DNA of 64,000 bases from Candidatus Bathyarchaeota archaeon (GTDB lineage Archaea; Thermoproteota; Bathyarchaeia; Bathyarchaeales; Bathycorpusculaceae): the NCBI GenBank assembly GCA_963720565.1, contig CAVRFW010000009.1, forward strand, positions 96,001-160,000, in the 5' to 3' direction. The position numbers were made by a program, and so were the translations under genes. Each line of letters opens with the position of its first letter. Position 1 is the first letter of the stretch. Shown in pieces: positions 20,850-31,257 of the stretch. Under the pieces are notes generated by a model. That model did not search any database, was not told where the DNA came from, and was given only the letters and a program-made list of their open reading frames with translations.

Positions 20850-21027
20850 CAGGCAGCCTCTGACTAAGACAAACAGAAACGTTTTCCTTGTTATTTGGCT
20901 TCTTGTCTTCAGCTTTTTACTTAGTGCTCGACGCTGATTCTGGAGATTGGTGCCTCTGTTTTGTTAGGGTAGCAAGACTTATCAAACTGACAGCCACAAA
21001 GACAAGACAAAACAGGGATAAACACAC

Positions 21028-21687
21028 TTGAACGCCGCTGACTTACAAGCACAAGGCGTTATCTTCGACTTGGACGGCACAATCGTCGATTCGAGAAACG
21101 CCTACCTGGAGGCAGCTAGAACCACCTTCAGGGCAATGGGACAAGAACCGCCAGCGCCAGAAATCCTCCTAGAGATTCCACGAAGCTTGGAGTTGAAAAA
21201 GCCCATCAGCAGCATTGTCAGATTCGACTCTCGCAAATTCCTGGATTTGTACCTCAAAACCTACTACGCCCTGACAAAAGAGAGGACTAAACTCATACCC
21301 GACATCCCTAAAACCCTTGAAAAACTATCCGGAAAAGTCAAACTTGCGATGGTAACGATGCGGTACGTCCCAAGACAGGTTATTCTCGATGAGCTTGAGT
21401 CCTTCGGCATAGCTCAGTACTTCCTCCACGTTGTGACCGCTTTAGATACACGTGAACCGAAACCGGCGCCTGAAGCTCTCATAAAAACCAGCCAAGCGAT
21501 AGATGTTCCAATACATGACTGCGTCATCGTGGGCGATTCAGTATGCGACATCCGAGCGGGAAAAGCTGCAGGTGCCAAAACAGTAGCGGTTTTATCTGGT
21601 CTTTTCTCTTTTGAAGAGCTCGCTAGAGAAAATCCTGATTTAATCCTCAAAGACGCCGCTGTAATCCAAAATTATGTGGGAAAATAA
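21028..21687 (+). CDS. HAD-family hydrolase (phosphoglycolate phosphatase-like)
   Basis: FDLDGT, KPAP and VGDS..D..AG. Confidence 0.88.
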   Translation: MNAADLQAQGVIFDLDGTIVDSRNAYLEAARTTFRAMGQEPPAPEILLEIPRSLELKKPISSIVRFDSRKFLDLYLKTYYALTKERTKLIPDIPKTLEKLSGKVKLAMVTMRYVPRQVILDELESFGIAQYFLHVVTALDTREPKPAPEALIKTSQAIDVPIHDCVIVGDSVCDIRAGKAAGAKTVAVLSGLFSFEELARENPDLILKDAAVIQNYVGK

Positions 21688-21808
21688 TATTTCGAAAGCG
21701 GAATATTGCTAAAAACCGCCTAAAGCAGTTATATCCGTTTAAGATAGAAGGTTTAATTAAAACCTCTATCTCTATGAAATATGGAGAGGGCTTCAGAGCG
21801 GATTTCAA

Positions 21809-22420
21809 ATGAATTTCCTAGAAATACTGATAAGTGAAAAGTTGAAAGATGCGGATCAAGCCTTGGATATTACGGGCTCCGACCGCAAGGTTCTCCAAGT
21901 AGCATGCCAAGATTTCACTAATTATCTCAAGTATCACTGGAACCTTATCGGAAAAGAGGCAAGCCAATGCGAACTTGTTGAGAAGCTGGAGAAACTGTTC
22001 AAAGAAGACCCGGATGAACTGGAGCAGTTCCTTACAGTATGGATTGGCATGTGGTTTAAGAAGTGGAAAGAACGTGTCAAACTGTTAATAGGCGAGCAAA
22101 ACGCGAACAAATGGAGTAAGGTCTCAAAAACCCTTAGCGTTGCCGAGCCTCTGTGGAGAAAAATCGAACGGAAACAAGAGATCATAGAGATTGTGGTATC
22201 GACTCTGATCAAGAATGGGGAGATCTGCGGCACTGAAATTTTAGCAGAGAATCTTCTAAAGATGGAGTTAGGAGAAAAACGCGTTCAATACCTAAACGAC
22301 ATGGAACAAGTCTGCACCATTATTAACAACGCACTCAGAAAAGGCCGAGACATGGCTCAAAGCAGAGGGCCATTAATCTTCGTAAAGATTGACAAGGGCT
22401 ACTACGGATCATCCAACTGA
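21809..22420 (+). CDS. Hypothetical protein
   Basis: 203-aa helical ORF with an upstream TTTAAT box and no recognised motif. Confidence 0.65.
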   Translation: MNFLEILISEKLKDADQALDITGSDRKVLQVACQDFTNYLKYHWNLIGKEASQCELVEKLEKLFKEDPDELEQFLTVWIGMWFKKWKERVKLLIGEQNANKWSKVSKTLSVAEPLWRKIERKQEIIEIVVSTLIKNGEICGTEILAENLLKMELGEKRVQYLNDMEQVCTIINNALRKGRDMAQSRGPLIFVKIDKGYYGSSN

Positions 22421-22476
22421 CAATTAACACAGAAGTTATGCATTTAATAACTTTTTTCTAAATTCAGAAGTATGGT

Positions 22477-22665
22477 TTAGAGGACCCTTTGTCTCTGGAG
22501 AGTCTTCGTTTGCCACGCGTAATGCCTTATAGTCTTGGTTTCTCCATAGCCACAAGCACCGCATCGCTTATCGCGCACATGGTAAGAGCGTCTTCCGCAG
22601 CGTCTGCAACGTATGTGCACAACTTTGCCGGCGCCCTTGCCCTTTGCTGGTGTTCCTTTTCCCAC
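22477..22665 (-). CDS. rpl37e: 50S ribosomal protein L37e
   Basis: GKGT..HIRCRRCGRRSYH..CGACGYG. Confidence 0.95.
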   Translation of the reverse strand: MGKGTPAKGKGAGKVVHIRCRRCGRRSYHVRDKRCGACGYGETKTIRHYAWQTKTLQRQRVL

Positions 22666-22671
22666 TTGATG

Positions 22672-22900
22672 TCACCTAGGCGGAGGTGAAATTAAGACTA
22701 CGTTGTCTCCGCGAACTATTATGAGACCTAGTCTTTCTCACAGATTCTGCGTTTGTTGTGTCTTCTGTCTCTTCCAGAACCAAGTTTAAGTGCTGGTCAA
22801 AACCCTTTAGTCGTCCTCGGAGGCTCTTTCCTCCTTTCAAGCGTACGAGCACTATTTTGCCAAGGTTCTGTTCAAGGATTTCAGTCGTCATTTCGCTCAA
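22672..22900 (-). CDS. Sm/Lsm snRNP-like protein (frameshift near 22735)
   Basis: Sm1 motif GRLKGFDQHLNLVLEE. Sm2 motif LGLIIVRGDNVVLISP is in another frame. The Lsm-rpl37e adjacency is conserved in archaea. Confidence 0.9.
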
Positions 22901-23135
22901 TGTTGAAACCTCATGATATGATTATGTCTTGTATACTTGAACTTTCGACATTTAAACCTATCTAAGGATCTTTAGCTTTGGGAAGGGTCGTTTTCTCCAT
23001 TAAACCTGACGTTACTCGTAACATAGGCCCACAGTGCTAACTCCTCCAGATAGTGCAGTGCCAAGAAGAATAGCAAAACTTCCTCACTTGAATAGGATTA
23101 GAGAACAAAGGCAAGCATCTTGCCATGTCGGGCAA

Positions 23136-23612
23136 TTACTGCTTCTCGTAGAGGTATATTGTGTGTGAAGGGTAGCCTAATTGTGGGTTCTCGCAGAAAT
23201 TGTCAATTTTGAGGGGTTTCCAGCCTGCTATCTCATAGTCATGCGAGATCACTCTCGCGCCTTTCTTTAATTCAGTTTCCAGCTTCGGTTTGATTTTCTC
23301 GTTTGCGCTCGTCGTTAGGTATAGAAAAACCACATCAGCAGAGGATAGATTCAAGTCAAACATGTCGCCGTTCACGATTGTTACTCTGTCCCCGAGTCCA
23401 TTTTCGTGAATTGTGCTTAACGCTTTTTTTGCGAGATCTTCTCTCAATTCGACACCGACAGCTCTCGCGCTGAAAGACTTAGCTGCCATTGTGACGGTTC
23501 GGCCGTCTCCAGCGCCCAGATCGAATAGTACTTCACCTGGCTTCAAATTGGCTAGTTTGAGCATGCGCTGAACAACCAAAACTGGGCTTGGAACAAAAGG
23601 CGCTATAAACAT
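23136..23612 (-). CDS. Class I SAM-dependent (protein-lysine-type) methyltransferase
   Basis: APFVPSP, DLGAGDGR, ADVVFLYL and GARVISHDY. Confidence 0.85.
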   Translation of the reverse strand: MFIAPFVPSPVLVVQRMLKLANLKPGEVLFDLGAGDGRTVTMAAKSFSARAVGVELREDLAKKALSTIHENGLGDRVTIVNGDMFDLNLSSADVVFLYLTTSANEKIKPKLETELKKGARVISHDYEIAGWKPLKIDNFCENPQLGYPSHTIYLYEKQ

Positions 23613-23647
23613 TTCTTAACCGTTCTCCCAAAGGTTTGCTCATCGTG

Positions 23648-23974
23648 CTATGCTACGTAAGTCTCTCTTTTCGGGGTTGGTCTTTTTGCCTCCCCGCATT
23701 TGACGCAGCTTTGAGCACACAACTCTAAGTATTTTTCTTCGTCCTTTGAGCCTACCGCTTGAGCCGCTTTTTGACAGAGTTCGCTTGGCTCTGAGCAGCC
23801 CCCTTCCTTGCAGAGATGCGATATTTGGACGCAGATGTTTTGTACGTCTTTGGGTTCCAGAACGGCTCGATTGGTGCGGACTAGAAGGCATAATTCTCTA
23901 GCCATAACGCAGGTTTTCACGTATTTGACTCGTTCAAGAACTTCCTCGCGTAGCTTTTTACGGCTAATTTCCAC
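23648..23974 (-). CDS. Cys-rich hypothetical protein
   Basis: 108 aa with 9 Cys in a helical pattern. GGAG SD upstream. Confidence 0.65.
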   Translation of the reverse strand: MEISRKKLREEVLERVKYVKTCVMARELCLLVRTNRAVLEPKDVQNICVQISHLCKEGGCSEPSELCQKAAQAVGSKDEEKYLELCAQSCVKCGEAKRPTPKRETYVA

Positions 23975-24115
23975 CTTCTAAGTCTCCTGTTGGTGTAGTG
24001 GATGTTTAGGCACAAATAGCTTTTCTGGGCTTAAAAAGTTGTTGATGTTTGCTTCCAACCTAAGCTGTCGAGTTTGAAGAGCAACAAACGTTTGTTTAGT
24101 GTGATGAGCATTTAA

Positions 24116-26992
24116 TTAGCTGAAACGTTTGCTGAGTGCCTTTCGTTCTGCTTCAAGAACCAGCTCGTAGAACTTGTCAGTAAGCTTTTTTTCTTCTTGA
24201 AGGATTCGTGCGACCTCTTGGGGCTGAACCTTCCTGGCGCTCAAGGCTACGGCTGCTTCCCTACCGTGCTTTGCTATCAGTTGTCCGGTTTGAACTGCTT
24301 GTCCTTGTAGTTTCTCTTCAGCTTTTGTCAGTTTCTGTCCTTTTTTCTCCACAAGTGGAAGTGCTGTTTCCTCATCTACCTTCAAGAGACCAATGTTCTG
24401 AGAGCCGCATCGCGGACACTTAGGTTTGTCAGGCAAGTCCTTGATACGGATCATCTCAATGTAGTCCCAGCAGTTCGTGCAAACGAAGTTGCCTGTCTCA
24501 TTTAGCAGCCTTGCCTTGGCGGATTCCACGAGCACAGCCCGCATTCTCTCGGGTGGAATAAGATCGGTTTTCATGCTTACTCGTTCGATGCCTACTCGAG
24601 CAACTGGAGTTGCGGTGCCACCGGTTTCCAATACTTGAAGTTTGATTTCTCCGTTTCGAATTCTGCTCAAAACTTGGATAAGCCCTTCAGGGTCAAGGTC
24701 ATTGGTTAAGACTTCTTTCAATGCTTCCTCATAAATGGGCGTTCCTTCAAAACTTGTCACCAGCTTCTGGAGGTTTACGTTGCTAAAATCCGCCCACCTC
24801 TTTAAAGCCCCAAAACGGCGAGCCACGTGGATGATCCTCCGTTTGAAGAGCCCGGTCTTCACAGTCGACTTGGTTAACGTATCTTTCACTGCTTGCCCAG
24901 TCATGTTTTGCATTTCCTCAAACACTTCCAGCACACGGGGTGCATTTGTGGCGCCCATGGTTTGGACGAATATTCTGTAGGGGTCGTGTTGCACCACAAT
25001 CCCACGTCCTAGCTTGTCCGAAAGTATTTGCCCTAAAAGTTGAGCCAAGGCACGGTTTGTCAGGGAACCAAAGTTGGCGTGGACCAGCACGAACTCGTCC
25101 CAGTCCTCAAAGACTACTCGATTCTCAGTCGGCACTGCCAAACCCGCCTTTACCTGCTCAATTGTCTCTGCCAAAGCACGTAGTATAGTGTCTTTGTCAG
25201 CTTGGTACCGCTCAGTTAGCAGCAGGCCGATTTCTTCTGGTGAGAGTCCGCTCTGCATTTTCTCTTCAACAAATCCTCTTATCGAAGCTAGTTCTTGGGC
25301 TATTTCAAAGGGTACTGGAATTTCTTCACCAATCCAACTCGGAATCGAGCCAGTGGGGTCATCAACCGGTTTAACGTAAACTTTGTCTTCAGTTGTGTGG
25401 ATAATCTGCCACGGACTGCCTCTGATGATGAATTTAGTGCCAGCCTTGCCGAACTCTGCCATGAACGCCTCGTCTAAGACGCCTATTGAAGTGTCGCTTG
25501 ACTCGTCAATCACGAGGAACTGCTTTTCTTCAGGAATCATGGAGAGGTTGTCAAAGTAGTATTCAAAAAGTGCCTTGGATCGTTGCGGCTTCAATACAAC
25601 TTGATCCTCGACTGAAACCCAAGCCAAGCGTGGAAATCGCCCATGCATGAATTTGAGCACTTTCTCGATGTCTTCCAACGTTAAGTCTTCAAAAGGATAA
25701 GCGTTTCGCGCCAACTCCAAGATTTCGCTGAATCCCAGTCGTCTGGTCTTCAGGAGTAGTCCGGCCACTTGGTGTGTTAGAACATCGTAAGGCTTGTGTG
25801 GAATTTCAACGGGTTCTAGTTCTTCTTTCAAGGCTCGTCTGGCGATTACCAATGCCTCCAATGTGTCGTCGGAGTCTAATCCGATAATCACGCCCTCGGC
25901 TACTCGACCGATACTGTGTCCAGCCCTTCCCACGCGTTGAATGAGCCTGCTGACTTGTCTAGGGCTCATGTACTGGATGACCAAGTCTATCCGGCCTACG
26001 TCTATGCCAAGTTCTAGACTGCTTGTGGCGATTAGCCCCTTAAGGCTGCCTCTTTTCAATCCTGTCTCAGCAGCTATGCGCGATGGTTTGGCTAGACTGC
26101 CGTGGTGTATTGAGACTGGGAAGTCTATGTCCCACACTTTGAACCTGCTTGCCAGCACCTCTGAGACCGAACGGGTGTTCGTGAATAGAAGCACAGATTT
26201 ATGGTTGCTCATGTAATCGCGAATTATTCTCAGCCTTGCTGCCACCTCCGGATGTGTGTACAGTCTCCCAGCAAGCCTCACGTCTTCATCGGTGGGCTTG
26301 GGAAAAATTACGCGTAAACGCATCAGTTTGGCAATTGGAACACGTGTGATTTCGACGCTTCGATTGTCTCCAACAAGAAACTTTGCGACTTTGTCGGGGG
26401 TGCCAACGGTTGCGGACAAGCCTATCATCTGGAAGTCCCTTCCAATAAGGTTCCTGATCCGTTCCAAAGCCAGAGACAGTTGACTTCCGCGTTTGCTGTC
26501 TGCCAGTTCGTGCACTTCGTCGATTATCACCCACCGCAGACTCTGCAGGTGTTGTCGCAATAACCAGCCCGACAATATAGCTTGCAACGTTTCGGGTGTG
26601 GTTATCAGTATATCAGGAGGACTGCGTGATTGTCGGGTTCTTTCTTTTGTCTCCGTGTCACCATGTCGAACTGCCAGTCTTATGTCAAGGTTGTTGCACC
26701 ACCATTCCAGTCGCTCCAAAAGATCACGGTTTAATGCCCGTAGCGGGGTGACATACAACACTTTTATTCCTGGGGTCTTCGGCTGCTGAAGAAGCATGCT
26801 AAGGACTGGAAGAAAAGCAGCTTCGGTCTTTCCTGTCGCAGTTGGAGATATTAGAAGAACGTTTTTACCGGCGAGAATCTTCGGTATCGTCTGCTCCTGA
26901 GGCTCAGTAGGCTTGGGAAATCCCTTATGCTCAATGAGTCTTCGAACTGGCTTTACAAGCATTTCAAAAACATTTTCTGAAGATTCCTGCAA
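24116..26992 (-). CDS. lhr: Lhr-type SF2 DEAD/DEAH helicase
   Basis: PTATGKT, DEVHE, SAT, HHGSL, LELGID, QRVGRAGH and a C-terminal CxxC..CPxCG zinc finger. Confidence 0.9.
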   Translation of the reverse strand: MQESSENVFEMLVKPVRRLIEHKGFPKPTEPQEQTIPKILAGKNVLLISPTATGKTEAAFLPVLSMLLQQPKTPGIKVLYVTPLRALNRDLLERLEWWCNNLDIRLAVRHGDTETKERTRQSRSPPDILITTPETLQAILSGWLLRQHLQSLRWVIIDEVHELADSKRGSQLSLALERIRNLIGRDFQMIGLSATVGTPDKVAKFLVGDNRSVEITRVPIAKLMRLRVIFPKPTDEDVRLAGRLYTHPEVAARLRIIRDYMSNHKSVLLFTNTRSVSEVLASRFKVWDIDFPVSIHHGSLAKPSRIAAETGLKRGSLKGLIATSSLELGIDVGRIDLVIQYMSPRQVSRLIQRVGRAGHSIGRVAEGVIIGLDSDDTLEALVIARRALKEELEPVEIPHKPYDVLTHQVAGLLLKTRRLGFSEILELARNAYPFEDLTLEDIEKVLKFMHGRFPRLAWVSVEDQVVLKPQRSKALFEYYFDNLSMIPEEKQFLVIDESSDTSIGVLDEAFMAEFGKAGTKFIIRGSPWQIIHTTEDKVYVKPVDDPTGSIPSWIGEEIPVPFEIAQELASIRGFVEEKMQSGLSPEEIGLLLTERYQADKDTILRALAETIEQVKAGLAVPTENRVVFEDWDEFVLVHANFGSLTNRALAQLLGQILSDKLGRGIVVQHDPYRIFVQTMGATNAPRVLEVFEEMQNMTGQAVKDTLTKSTVKTGLFKRRIIHVARRFGALKRWADFSNVNLQKLVTSFEGTPIYEEALKEVLTNDLDPEGLIQVLSRIRNGEIKLQVLETGGTATPVARVGIERVSMKTDLIPPERMRAVLVESAKARLLNETGNFVCTNCWDYIEMIRIKDLPDKPKCPRCGSQNIGLLKVDEETALPLVEKKGQKLTKAEEKLQGQAVQTGQLIAKHGREAAVALSARKVQPQEVARILQEEKKLTDKFYELVLEAERKALSKRFS

Positions 26993-27092
26993 TTTAGTTT
27001 AGCCTTCAGGAGTTGGGAGGACTAAGCAGGAATCAGGCTGTAAAAAATGTTTTGGATTGCCCTTCCTCTTTCAAGAGCTCGATTTTTGTTAT

Positions 27093-27956
27093 TTACTGTA
27101 GAGTTGGATTTGCCATATCCACGTATGTGTATGAATCAACATGAATTTCGATATGACCATTTTGATTTGCTTTAGCTCTTGCGTTTATCAATCGCACGTT
27201 TGCGTTTAGACTTATGGTTTTTTCAACTTCTTCGGCTTTTGCGTTCCAAACTACAACGGGGATTTCTCCAGTGTCGTCTGACAGATTGAAATGCAGTACT
27301 GTTCCAGTCATGGTCTCAGTTTTGAATTTTGTCGAAGGAGAGAGCTTTTTCACAGTACCTTGCAGATGAATGTTGTTCTGTGATCTTGTTACGTCCTTTA
27401 TTTTCGTTGCGAATTTGCAGACGAAACGGCCGTCTTCCTTCTTGCATTGAGGTTCGATTTCGATTTCGCTCTTTTCTCCAATGTGCAACTCTATTTTGCC
27501 GTTTCGGTCCTCGCGTGTATATCCATGAGCAAACCGAGCGACTTGCCCGACTTTCAATTTTCCTGTCTCGATTAACTCGACTCTTTCATTCCACAATACA
27601 ACACGGATTATGCCGTTCTCGTCAAAAGCCATCAGGCTTGCGATTTTTCCACTCTTCTTGCCCTCAAAAGTCTTGGGCGGGTAAATAGTCACAACACGAC
27701 CAGTGACTGTTACGTCATTTAGCCCTGGGATTAAGTTGCCTATGGATAGGTTTCGATCAAAATCTCTATTCCGCAAGTCTTGTATACCGTATCTGGCCGC
27801 GATCAACCGCAAGAGAGTTGCGTTTGAGATTAGTCCAGCTGTTTTGGTCTTCTCAGTCTCTAGGTCTTCAAGGATCTGTTTTAGCTTGACTTCTGGATTC
27901 TTCGATAGGATTTGCTGAATTAACTCTTCTTCAGTAGCCATCTTCTTCAGAGCCAC
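27093..27956 (-). CDS. Replication protein A-like OB-fold ssDNA-binding protein
   Basis: Two OB folds (DENGIIRVVLWN and DDTGEIPVVVWN). Confidence 0.85.
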   Translation of the reverse strand: MALKKMATEEELIQQILSKNPEVKLKQILEDLETEKTKTAGLISNATLLRLIAARYGIQDLRNRDFDRNLSIGNLIPGLNDVTVTGRVVTIYPPKTFEGKKSGKIASLMAFDENGIIRVVLWNERVELIETGKLKVGQVARFAHGYTREDRNGKIELHIGEKSEIEIEPQCKKEDGRFVCKFATKIKDVTRSQNNIHLQGTVKKLSPSTKFKTETMTGTVLHFNLSDDTGEIPVVVWNAKAEEVEKTISLNANVRLINARAKANQNGHIEIHVDSYTYVDMANPTLQ

Positions 27957-28289
27957 TCCGAATAGAAGACTTGCTTGGTTAAAAATTATTTGTGTATAAG
28001 CAAGAATTTATGAAAAACTGGGTAAGTTCATCATAACGCGCGGGCTGGATTGTTCTTGGCTGTGCTGAGTATGCTGTTTTGGGTTGCAAACAGAAAGGTT
28101 AGAAGATATAGCAGCTAGAGTTTTTGCCCAGTTTGCTCTTCTTCTTTTCCGTAGAAAGAGTATAAGAATATTAGAAGAAGGGCAACAAACGTTGATGTCA
28201 TGAGGATGTATTCCAGAGTTATGAAGTAGGCACTTAAGTCCATTCGAATTCTCCCTTTTGTGTTGCTTATTGTTGTGGTGTTTTAATAT

Positions 28290-28700
28290 TTAAGCAGTAG
28301 GTTTTGTCCACTCGCTCATTAATGTATTGTGGAGTTCGTCGGTTTCTTCTATGGTATCAAACCATGATAAGTTGTGGGCGATTTTCTGTGCAATCAGGTG
28401 GTAGCATAGGTGAACTTTCTTGTCCATGACTCGGAAGTAGAAGTCGTCGCAGGTGCAGAATTCGGCCTCAGGTATTATCAGATAATCCCGTTCTCTGCCG
28501 ACAACTATCCAGATTGTTCTGCCACTGGGTTTAAACACGTATTTCTTGACTCGATTCTCTTTTAGGGCGTCAAGCGCTTTTGTGAAGCGTTGATTGAAAA
28601 GCTCGTAAAGCACTGTTAAGCTCTTGCCTGATAGTTTCCCTTCTAGTTTTGCTTGTCGGCAGATGGAGTTTAGAGTGTCGATTTCTGAGTTGATGCTCAT
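28290..28700 (-). CDS. SWIM zinc-finger protein
   Basis: CTCDDF..CYH. Confidence 0.8.
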   Translation of the reverse strand: MSINSEIDTLNSICRQAKLEGKLSGKSLTVLYELFNQRFTKALDALKENRVKKYVFKPSGRTIWIVVGRERDYLIIPEAEFCTCDDFYFRVMDKKVHLCYHLIAQKIAHNLSWFDTIEETDELHNTLMSEWTKPTA

Positions 28701-28736
28701 TTTTGGACAGCTTTTCAGGAAAATTGTTGAGGCGTT

Positions 28737-29333
28737 CTAGCCTATGTCGATTGGTTCGCCTTTCGACTTAAGCGCCTCTACTTTGGGGATGACAACTTCC
28801 AAGACACCGTTCTTGTAGGTGGATTTTGCGTCTTTCACTCTGACTTTTACTGGCAATGTGACTTCTTTGTAATACTTGTATTGAGCTGTGTCAACTGATA
28901 CTGTCAGAGAGTCTTCAGTTCCATGAAGTTTGATGTCTGTTTTTTCCACGCCTGGGAGTTCTGTGACCACGCGTACTTCACTGTCTGTTTCAACAACGTC
29001 TACTAGTGGTTCGCGTTCCTCTTTAACCTCGGGTCCTTTGAGACTTTTCTTGAGATTTCCAAATTCCTGGATTTCAGGTTTGCCGTCTGGGCCAATTTTC
29101 ATGCTATAGCCGTATACAAATGGCCCCCATTCTTTGACGGTGCTGCCGTCCGGCAGTTTTCGTTCTTTAACGTAGTCTTTTGGGACTTTCTCTGTGAAGT
29201 TCTTGAATTCCTCTTCCATCATTTTTTCCATCTGGCGAAACATTTGGTCTATGTCGCCGAAAAACGGGTCTTTCGTGAATGGGCTGCGTTTTCGCTTGAA
29301 CCATTCTGGGTAGTCTTCATCGTCTGTTGACAT
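28737..29333 (-). CDS. hsp20: Archaeal small heat-shock protein Hsp20
   Basis: GPFVYGYS..GPDGKP, EREPLVDV, ELPGV and YKNGVLEV. Confidence 0.93.
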   Translation of the reverse strand: MSTDDEDYPEWFKRKRSPFTKDPFFGDIDQMFRQMEKMMEEEFKNFTEKVPKDYVKERKLPDGSTVKEWGPFVYGYSMKIGPDGKPEIQEFGNLKKSLKGPEVKEEREPLVDVVETDSEVRVVTELPGVEKTDIKLHGTEDSLTVSVDTAQYKYYKEVTLPVKVRVKDAKSTYKNGVLEVVIPKVEALKSKGEPIDIG

Positions 29334-29524
29334 CCATTCTTCACATGTTAATTGTGAGTTGTCAGCTTTCTATAAGGTTTATGCTGGTTTCCTTGGAAAT
29401 CACTATGGTTTTCGGTGACGTATGGAAAAACTGGAACGGTCCTTTTAGGATGAACTGTAAAAGGACGGTGGAGAACAGAGCTTTGTTTTGGCATATTGAC
29501 CTTTAGGAATAGTGGTGTTTGGTC

Positions 29525-30880
29525 TTATTGTTTCAGTAGCTTTGCCACAAAGAAACCGTTGCTATCATGGGTGTGTGGATAGAGTCTCTGACACTTTTCC
29601 ATTCCTCTGAGCCCAGGCAAACCAAACCTGGGATTTATTTCCGTGAGCGAGAATTCTAGATGCGCTTCCAAGAACCGTTCGATTATCATTTCGTTTTCCT
29701 CAACTGTGATGCTGCATGTCGAATAGGTTAAGACGCCTCCAGGTTTCACTTTTTCAGCGCAGTTGTTAATCATTTTCCATTGAATTTCAGCCATTTTGCC
29801 TATAGATTTAGGCGTCAGCCGCCACTTGGCTGAAGGGAATTTCCCGAAAGCGCCCGTGCTCGTGCACGGTGGGTCTAAAACCACGACGTCTGCTTCGACT
29901 GCCAAAGGAAGCCACGTGTTTGCGTCCGCTATCACTGGCTCGGCGATTTTCAGGCCCATGCGGGACGCTTCCTTACTCCAAACTTGCATTCTTCGAACGG
30001 AATAGTCTATTGAGTACACGTTTCCTTCGTTTTGCATGAGTTGCACTAAGTATGTGGTTTTCGCGCCGGGAGCTGCACACACATCAAGAACGGTTGTGTT
30101 TGGTTTTGGGTCTGCCGCTTCAGCAGCGAAGCAGCTTGCTTGGTCTTGAATATAGAACCATCCTTCCTGAAAACTAGCTGAGCTTGTTAAAGGTTTTTTT
30201 GTGTTTAGGACTCTGTAAGCGTACTTTAGTGGTTCAATTTTTTCCGTTCCGATGTCTTCTAAGGCGAGTTTCTCTAGGATTTCCTCATGAGAAGCCTTGA
30301 GCGTGTTCAACCGAATACATGTTTGTGGGGGGTTCAAGCTTTTTTCCAGAAATGCTATTGCTTCTTCGCGTCCTAAGAGACTGATACAGTATTTGACAAA
30401 CCATATGGGATGAAATGTTTGAAGTGCAATTTTCTCTTCGTCGTCTGCTACTTCGAGAATTGGTTGGATTTGCCGTGTGAGCAGAAATCCAAGTATCGGC
30501 TCTGCTTCTCTGAGTGTTTTCCAGCCTAGAATTGCCCGTCCCAGCTTGGCGATCAATTCAGCCTCTTTGAGGTCGATATCCTTCCAGTTTTTTCTTATTC
30601 GAGTTTGGTAAACGTAAAGACGTAAGAATGCCTGAACGCCAATTGTAAGTTCATCTATTGCTTGGGGTTTGAGTACACTGTTTACGAATTTGTCTATGAG
30701 GTTCTTGCGCCTGATAGTTTCTACGACTATTCCGTAGGCATATCGAATAGCGTCTGGGTTGCCTATACCGAGCTGTTTAACCGTCTTGTTCAGCGCTATA
30801 CGCTCGCTGAGTCTTTGTGTTTCTATCCAACTCAAGGTTTCGATGGCGATAGTCCAGGCGTCTTTTAGCAATATTTTCAC
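29525..30880 (-). CDS. RsmB/NOP2/Sun RNA m5C methyltransferase
   Basis: QDQAS, DVCAAPGAKT, LDPPC, YSTCS..EENE and GFF. Confidence 0.9.
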   Translation of the reverse strand: MKILLKDAWTIAIETLSWIETQRLSERIALNKTVKQLGIGNPDAIRYAYGIVVETIRRKNLIDKFVNSVLKPQAIDELTIGVQAFLRLYVYQTRIRKNWKDIDLKEAELIAKLGRAILGWKTLREAEPILGFLLTRQIQPILEVADDEEKIALQTFHPIWFVKYCISLLGREEAIAFLEKSLNPPQTCIRLNTLKASHEEILEKLALEDIGTEKIEPLKYAYRVLNTKKPLTSSASFQEGWFYIQDQASCFAAEAADPKPNTTVLDVCAAPGAKTTYLVQLMQNEGNVYSIDYSVRRMQVWSKEASRMGLKIAEPVIADANTWLPLAVEADVVVLDPPCTSTGAFGKFPSAKWRLTPKSIGKMAEIQWKMINNCAEKVKPGGVLTYSTCSITVEENEMIIERFLEAHLEFSLTEINPRFGLPGLRGMEKCQRLYPHTHDSNGFFVAKLLKQ

Positions 30881-31257
30881 TCAGCGTTAAACAATGAAAT
30901 CCGTTCTAAGTATATAAGGTGTCTAAACCTGAATCCGTTTACCCTTTTGAATGGACACTTGTACTTGGGATGGAGACTTTGGCTTTTCCTCAGCCCATTT
31001 TCTCCATTTCTTCTTCCTTTTTTACTGATTCTGAGTGTTTTTTCTGCAGTTGCAGCACTGAAGAGTAAGTCGTCAATTGTGGCGATGAAAGTGGCAAGTT
31101 TTCCTTTAGACTCTAGAATAGTGAGAACTTTATTCCCAGTGCAAACTGTCTTTATTGATAATTCCTTAGGTGTTTTGAGGTTGTCTGGGGAAACCGCGTT
31201 TGCTACCGCTTCAGCTGTTTTTGCATCATAATATTCAAGCGTTATCGTGGCTTCCAA
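30877..31257 (-). CDS. pcc1: KEOPS subunit Pcc1 (C-terminal ~45 aa probably spurious)
   Basis: A.AV.PDN..TIDDLL..A pattern, located downstream of rps15 and the DHH gene. The tail contains the next gene's TTATATA box. Confidence 0.75.
   Translation of the reverse strand: MEATITLEYYDAKTAEAVANAVSPDNLKTPKELSIKTVCTGNKVLTILESKGKLATFIATIDDLLFSAATAEKTLRISKKGRRNGENGLRKSQSLHPKYKCPFKRVNGFRFRHLIYLERISLFNAE

Noticed and set aside
30877..31020. Novel C-terminal domain on Pcc1
   Set aside because: The tail spans the TATA box of the downstream RsmB gene, so it is most likely read-through into intergenic DNA.
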